Of a stretch of 64,000 nucleotides of DNA, positions 58,990 through 64,000 are shown in pieces. The stretch lies in assembly GCA_965198065.1 (NCBI GenBank), contig CBDAON010000004.1, positions 192,001 to 256,000 on the forward strand, written 5' to 3'. Within the stretch, counting starts at the first letter, position 1, and each line of letters starts with the position of its first letter. The translations under genes and the position numbers were made by a program. Origin of the DNA: Longimicrobiales bacterium (GTDB taxonomy: Bacteria > Gemmatimonadota > Gemmatimonadetes > Longimicrobiales > Gaopeijiaceae). Below the pieces are notes generated by a model. The model searched no databases and was not told the DNA's origin. It was given only the letters and a program-made list of their open reading frames with translations.

Positions 58990-59598
58990 ATGAACGAACG
59001 GCCGCGACCAAGCTCCCACGCGCCCTCCCGACCCCTGGTCTTGATCTATGCGGACGAATCGTGCCTCGGGAATCAGTTTCGGGACCGCGAGAATCCCGGG
59101 GGCGCCGGAGGGCTCGTCGAATTCTGGACCGGGGACGGTTGGGTCCGACGGGACTACTGGGTGTCCGAGCCAGCCACGACGAACAATCGAATGGCGCTTC
59201 GGAGCGCCATCGAAGGACTCCGGGCGCTTACACAACCGTGCCGGGTCGGGTTCGTATCCGACTCTCAATACGTGGTGAAGGGAATGCGGGAATGGCTCCC
59301 CGTGTGGAAGGCCCGCGGCTGGAAGCGGAAGGGGGGGCCGATCGAGAACTTGAAGCTCTGGAAGGATCTGGACCTGGCGGCGGACACGCACCAGATGCGA
59401 TGGGAGTGGGTGCGGGGACACAGCGGGATGCCCCGCAACGAGTATGCGAACCACCTGGCCGTGGAGGCCGCCAGGAGCCAGGAGCCCTCGAACGGGCTCG
59501 TGGACTCGCGCTTCGAGGAGTGGCTGGACGCCGAGCGTGCGAAGAGCGGCCGCTACCTCGACTTCGAGGAGTCGGCCCCTCCTCCACCGCCGTTCTAG
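58990..59598 (+). CDS. rnhA: Ribonuclease HI family protein (non-canonical active site)
   Basis: IYADESCLGN, TTNNRMAL, SDSQYV..G, W...GWK, N..LW, WVRGHSG, NEYANHLA. Confidence 0.88.
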   Translation: MNERPRPSSHAPSRPLVLIYADESCLGNQFRDRENPGGAGGLVEFWTGDGWVRRDYWVSEPATTNNRMALRSAIEGLRALTQPCRVGFVSDSQYVVKGMREWLPVWKARGWKRKGGPIENLKLWKDLDLAADTHQMRWEWVRGHSGMPRNEYANHLAVEAARSQEPSNGLVDSRFEEWLDAERAKSGRYLDFEESAPPPPPF

Positions 59599-60389
59599 GG
59601 AAGTTCCGTTCGAGTACCGCGCGCGGGGTCTGCGCGGCTCGGAGCGGGAATGGCGGGGCAGCCCACCCGCCGGGGGTGCTGCCGACCGGTCTCCGCCCGA
59701 AGCGACCGCCTGAACACGCTCGCGAAAACCGCCGCCGTGCGCCCGGCCACCTCCTCCATTGGTGGGGCCGTTCCGAGAAGGCGCTCCATCGAGGTCACCG
59801 AGCTACTCTCGATTCCGCACGGGACGATCGTCTCGAAGTAGCTGAGATCGGTCCCGACATTCAACGCGAACCCGTGGGACGTGATCCAGCCGGACGACAC
59901 CCGGATCCCGATCGCCGCCACCTTGCCGGATGCCGTCCACACCCCCGTCCTTCCGTCAACGCGGCCGGACTCGACACCGTATTCGGCCAGCACGCGGATC
60001 AGGACTCCCTCGAGGTCACGGAGGTAGCGATGCACGTCCTTCCGGTCTGGCCTCAGATCGAGGATCGGGTACCCGACGAGCTGTCCGGGTCCGTGATAGG
60101 TGACGTCGCCGCCGCGACCCGTCTCCTGGAGCTCGATCCCGAGGGCCTCCCGACGTCCGGGGTCCGCGAGCACATGCTCCGGGTGCGACCCGGAGCCGAG
60201 CGTGATCACGTGCGGGTGCTCGAGCAGAACGAGTTGGTCGGGGATCTCGCCCGCGCGACGACGCGAAACGAGGTCCTGCTGGAGGGCGACCCCGTCCCCA
60301 TAAGGAACCGTCCCGAGGCGCCGGACCTCGAGAACCCTACCCGGGGGCCGAAACGTGGAGGCCTCGGACGCAGTCGAGTGGGCGGTCAT
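59595..60389 (-). CDS. lipB: Lipoyl(octanoyl) transferase
   Basis: LLEHPHVITLG, RGGDVTYHGPGQLVGYPI, KVAAIG, HGFALNV, IVPCG. Confidence 0.96.
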   Translation of the reverse strand: MTAHSTASEASTFRPPGRVLEVRRLGTVPYGDGVALQQDLVSRRRAGEIPDQLVLLEHPHVITLGSGSHPEHVLADPGRREALGIELQETGRGGDVTYHGPGQLVGYPILDLRPDRKDVHRYLRDLEGVLIRVLAEYGVESGRVDGRTGVWTASGKVAAIGIRVSSGWITSHGFALNVGTDLSYFETIVPCGIESSSVTSMERLLGTAPPMEEVAGRTAAVFASVFRRSLRAETGRQHPRRVGCPAIPAPSRADPARGTRTELP

Positions 60390-60424
60390 GACATCTCTGC
60401 GCGCCGTCCGGCACACTATCCGGC

Positions 60425-61897
60425 CTACGCGTCGTCCGGGAAGTCCTCCAGGAGCTGCTTGAGGCGAGCCATGAAGCGCGCGGCGTCCGCACCGTCCACG
60501 ATCCGGTGATCGTATCCCAGGGAGAAGATCGACCGCTTGCGGATCGCCATCGAGTCCTGTCCCGTGATGGGATCTCCCACCACCACGACCCGCTTCTCGA
60601 TAGAGCCCGTGCCCAGAATGGCGGCTGTTCCCTTGGGGATGATGGGGAGCCCGACCAGGGTTCCGAGGACCCCCGGATTGGTAACGGAGAACGTAGCTCC
60701 CTGGATCTCCTCGGGCGCCAGCGCCCGCTTCCGGGCCCGCTCGGCCAGGTCCACGACCTTCTTTCCGATCCCGACGAGGGAGAGGTCGTCCGCATCCCGG
60801 ATCACCGGCACGATCAGACCGGGGTCCAGGTCTACGGCAATCCCGATGTTCACGCTCCCGCGATAGATGACGTTGTTGCCCGAGACCGTCGCGTTCACGA
60901 TCGGGAACTCCCGGAGGACACGGGACACGGCCCATGTCACGAAGGCCGTGAAGCTCACCCGCGCCCCCTGCTCCTGCCACTTCTTCGCGTTCGCCTTCCG
61001 AAGCGCGTCCACGCTCGTGAAGTCCATCTCGATCGAAGTGTGGACGTGCGGGGCAATTCGCTTGGCCAGAACCATGTGCTCGGCGGTGAGACGGCGGATC
61101 TTGTCCATCATCACCACCTCGTCTCCCTCCCGCACGGGAAACTCCGGGTGCTGCACCTGTGTGTAAAAGGTCCCCCAGAGCTCGGACGCAGGGACGGGGG
61201 GGCCGAGAGGGGCCGAGCGCGGAGCCGGGGCGGCGGGCCGCTCGGCTGCGGGCGTCGCGGGCACGCCCTCGGCCCTCTCCGGCGGCGCGGGAGCCGGCCT
61301 GGCGGGAGGAGGCGGCGCGGGCACCTCCACGGTGGCATCCTCTTTCCCGAGGTACGCAAGCAGGTCTTGCTTGGTCACGCGCCCCGCGTGTCCGCTTCCC
61401 TTACCCTCCAGGCTGGTCAGATCGACTCCGTGCTCCTCCGCCATCCTGCGCACGAGGGGGGTGGAGCGCTGCCGGAGCCGCTGCTCCTCCGACAGCTCGC
61501 CGTCCGATCGGAGCGAGCCGTCGGTTGGAGGCGGGGGAGCCGCCGCCGAGGGGACGGGTTTCGGGGTGGGCTCGGGCGGCGCCGACGGCGCGGCCGCCTG
61601 ACTCCGGGCGGCCTCCGGCTTCGGGGATTCCGCCGCACCCGCGGGCGCGGCGGCCGGCTCCGTATCGATGTACGCAACGACCGTGCCCACCTCCACGGTC
61701 TCGCCCTCCCCCACCACCACCTCCATCAGAGTACCGGCCTGGGGCGCCGGGATCTCGGCGTCCACCTTGTCCGTGGAAATCTCAAGGATGGGCTCGTCCC
61801 GCTCGATCGCATCCCCGACCTTCTTCAGCCACTTGGACACGGTCCCCTCGGCGATGGACTCACCCATCTGAGGCATCGCCACTTCGATTCGGGCCAC
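60425..61897 (-). CDS. sucB: 2-oxoacid dehydrogenase E2 (dihydrolipoamide acyltransferase), single lipoyl domain
   Basis: MPQMGESIAEG, STDKVDAE, TPLVRRMA.EH, GRVTKQD, YDHRIVDGA; substrate specificity inferred. Confidence 0.85.
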   Translation of the reverse strand: MARIEVAMPQMGESIAEGTVSKWLKKVGDAIERDEPILEISTDKVDAEIPAPQAGTLMEVVVGEGETVEVGTVVAYIDTEPAAAPAGAAESPKPEAARSQAAAPSAPPEPTPKPVPSAAAPPPPTDGSLRSDGELSEEQRLRQRSTPLVRRMAEEHGVDLTSLEGKGSGHAGRVTKQDLLAYLGKEDATVEVPAPPPPARPAPAPPERAEGVPATPAAERPAAPAPRSAPLGPPVPASELWGTFYTQVQHPEFPVREGDEVVMMDKIRRLTAEHMVLAKRIAPHVHTSIEMDFTSVDALRKANAKKWQEQGARVSFTAFVTWAVSRVLREFPIVNATVSGNNVIYRGSVNIGIAVDLDPGLIVPVIRDADDLSLVGIGKKVVDLAERARKRALAPEEIQGATFSVTNPGVLGTLVGLPIIPKGTAAILGTGSIEKRVVVVGDPITGQDSMAIRKRSIFSLGYDHRIVDGADAARFMARLKQLLEDFPDDA

Positions 61898-61925
61898 GGT
61901 CGCGGTTCCTAGGGCGCGAGAATCG

Positions 61926-62303
61926 TCAGGGCTGGCTAGGCGGAGTCGCGTCGGGGCCGCCGCCCGGGGCGGCGGGGATCTCGGTGGACGGCTGGGCCTG
62001 GGGAACGACCGGAGTCGGGGTCACGGGCACTTGGAGGGCGTCCTGCAAGACGGAGCCCGGCTGCTGCTGCTGCGAGGACCTGATTGATAGCACGAGAGCC
62101 AAGACCATGAAGATGGCGCCCGTCGTCCACGTTGTCCGGGTCAGGAACGTGGCCGCCTGACGCCCGCCCAGGACCCCTTCCGTGGCCCCCGGCATACCGC
62201 CGCCCATGGCCGCGAGCCCCCCTCCCTTTCCCGCCTGAAGGAGGACGGCGACCGTCAGGACGATCCCGTCGAGGACGAGGAGAGCGAGAAGGAATCCGTA
62301 CAT
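61926..62303 (-). CDS. secG: Preprotein translocase subunit SecG
   Basis: VLLQAGKGGGLA, FLTRTT; follows tpiA. Confidence 0.93.
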   Translation of the reverse strand: MYGFLLALLVLDGIVLTVAVLLQAGKGGGLAAMGGGMPGATEGVLGGRQAATFLTRTTWTTGAIFMVLALVLSIRSSQQQQPGSVLQDALQVPVTPTPVVPQAQPSTEIPAAPGGGPDATPPSQP

Positions 62304-62366
62304 GGAAGAACCATCGGGAGCGGGTTCGGCCCTGGCGAGAAAAGGTCGTCGGAGGGAACAGCAGTG

Positions 62367-63140
62367 TCAACACAGAGCGCGGCCTGCGTCCACGATCCTG
62401 GAAAAGGATCCAGGATCGAGCGAAGCCCCCCCCACGAGCACCCCGTCTACCCCCTCCGCCTGGAGCAGGTCGGGGGCGTTCTCCGGGGTCACAGATCCCC
62501 CGTAGAGAATCGGGAGGCCGCGCGCTCGACCGTCCCCCAGGTGTCTCCCCGCCGCCTCCCGCAGGATCGCGTGAGCCTGGGCGGCGTCCTGCGGGGTGGC
62601 CGTTTCCCCCGTCCCGATGGCCCAGACCGGCTCGTAGGCCAGGACGAGGGGGGCCCCGTCCCGCACGGCCCCACCCGCGCCTTCCGCTCCCAGCACGGCG
62701 TCGAGCTGACCCACGATCACGTCCTCGAGCCGACCCACCTTTCGCTCCTCGATTCGCTCCCCCACACAGAGGACGGGAATGAGTCCTGCGCGGAGCGCGG
62801 CCTCTACCTTGTCGGCGGCGTCCTCGTCGGTCTCTTGGAAGAGCCACCGCCGCTCCGAGTGACCGACGAGCGCGTAGGCCGCTCCAGCCTCCATGGCCAT
62901 CTCCGCGGCCACCTCACCGGTGAACGCCCCAGACGGGTGCGCGTGCACGTTCTGGACTCCGAGCGAGATTGGAGCGCCCGGTCCCAGAGCCCCGCGGGCA
63001 GCCGAGAGTGAAACGGCGGGAGGAAATAGGACGACCGTCACGCAGCGCAGGTTGCCTAGCGGCAGAAGCTCCTTCACGAAACGCACCGTGGCGCCCGGGC
63101 CGTGGTTCATCTTCCAGTTACCGGCCACGAACCGCTTCAT
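62367..63140 (-). CDS. tpiA: Triosephosphate isomerase
   Basis: AGNWKMN, GAFTGE, GHSERR, AYEPVWAIGTG, LYGGSV, LVGGASL. Confidence 0.98.
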   Translation of the reverse strand: MKRFVAGNWKMNHGPGATVRFVKELLPLGNLRCVTVVLFPPAVSLSAARGALGPGAPISLGVQNVHAHPSGAFTGEVAAEMAMEAGAAYALVGHSERRWLFQETDEDAADKVEAALRAGLIPVLCVGERIEERKVGRLEDVIVGQLDAVLGAEGAGGAVRDGAPLVLAYEPVWAIGTGETATPQDAAQAHAILREAAGRHLGDGRARGLPILYGGSVTPENAPDLLQAEGVDGVLVGGASLDPGSFSRIVDAGRALC

Positions 63141-64000
63141 CCGCCGATCGCCCCCTCGCGCGGGACGCCGTCGTCCTCCTCCGGAGCCTCCACGGTGTCG
63201 AGCACCTGGACCCCCGGGAGCTCCTTTCCCGCCAGGAACTCGAGCGACGCGCCCCCTCCGGTGGAGATATGCGTCATTCGCCTCGCCACACCGGCTCTCT
63301 CGGCCGCGGCGGCCAAGTCGCCCCCCCCGACGACGACCACCGCTCCCCGGTCCGCCGCCTCCGCGAGCGCGCGAGCAACATCGAACGTGCCTTCGGAGAA
63401 CGGTCCGATCTCGAACTTCCCGAGCGGCCCGTTCCAGAACACGGTCGCGGCCTGGGCCACCTCGCTGCAGAAAATCTCCCGGGAACGGGGACCGATGTCA
63501 CCGATCTTCACACCCGGCGGGATCTCGGTCCGGTCCACGGGACGGGTCCGGGCCGCCATAGTCAGGTCCTCGGCTACGACGCTGTCCACGGGAAGGACGA
63601 GCTTGTCCCCCGCCTCTTCCAGGAGCTCGCGCGCCAGCTCGACCCGATCGTCCCCCTCAAACGGGTCCCCGGTGTCCACGCCGAGCGCGCGGAGGAACGT
63701 GTTCGCCACGATACCGCCGACGAGCAGGCGATCGACTCGGGAAAGGATCGCCCGGATGAGGTCTATTTTCCCCGAAATCTTGGCTCCCCCCATGATCGCC
63801 ACGAAGGGTCGGCTCGGGCTCCGGAGCGCGTCGTCGAGGACGTGAAGCTCCCGAGCCATGAGAGCGCCCGCCACGACGGGCCCGCCCCGCTCGCGAATCA
63901 GGCGCGGCGCCCCCACCGTCGATGCGTGGGTCCGATGGGCTGCGCCGAACGCGTCATTGACGAAGACGTCCGCGAGGTCCGCGAGCGACCTTGAGAGATC
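63137..64000 (-). CDS. pgk: Phosphoglycerate kinase (5' end outside window)
   Basis: NDAFGAAHR.HAS, GGAKISGKI, DIGP, FWNGP.G.FE, HISTGGGASLEF. Confidence 0.96.
   Translation of the reverse strand, partial: DLSRSLADLADVFVNDAFGAAHRTHASTVGAPRLIRERGGPVVAGALMARELHVLDDALRSPSRPFVAIMGGAKISGKIDLIRAILSRVDRLLVGGIVANTFLRALGVDTGDPFEGDDRVELARELLEEAGDKLVLPVDSVVAEDLTMAARTRPVDRTEIPPGVKIGDIGPRSREIFCSEVAQAATVFWNGPLGKFEIGPFSEGTFDVARALAEAADRGAVVVVGGGDLAAAAERAGVARRMTHISTGGGASLEFLAGKELPGVQVLDTVEAPEEDDGVPREGAIGG

Overview
High-GC bacterial chromosome segment. Gene content and protein families suggest Gemmatimonadota (inference). Positions 1-39353 and 54497-64000 are mostly core genes, nearly all on the minus strand: xerD, ispF, the yceD-rpmF-plsX-fabD-fabG-acpP-fabF cluster (no fabH), a mobA/FdhF-YdeP/fdhD/OFA-transporter cluster, ndk, sucCD, UPF0182, a phosphomannomutase, a complete nuoA-N operon with a Rex-type operator, dcd, mdh, an ECF sigma/anti-sigma operon, HU/IHF, carA, an RNase H with a non-canonical active site, lipB, a 2-oxoacid dehydrogenase E2, secG, tpiA and a partial pgk. 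Between dcd and mdh (about 39354-54490) lies a decaying accessory island. It holds (i) the remnant of a reverse-orientation integron: the intI 3' end followed on the same strand by a putative attI, one complete gene cassette with a 62-bp attC, and a truncated second cassette; (ii) two near-identical, inverted IS256-family copies sharing the same three inactivating lesions; and (iii) a recurring non-coding module at 39.4, 42.3 and 51.2 kb made of paired GTGCCCTA boxes, an IHF-like or palindromic motif and a degenerate tRNA 5' fragment, tied to the 3' end of a TPR-gene family. The module looks like recombination-site ends of an uncharacterised integrative element family. The island also contains phage-like scraps and several frameshifted genes. 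No intact tRNA, rRNA or CRISPR array was seen. All product calls come from motif recognition by eye, not from database searches.
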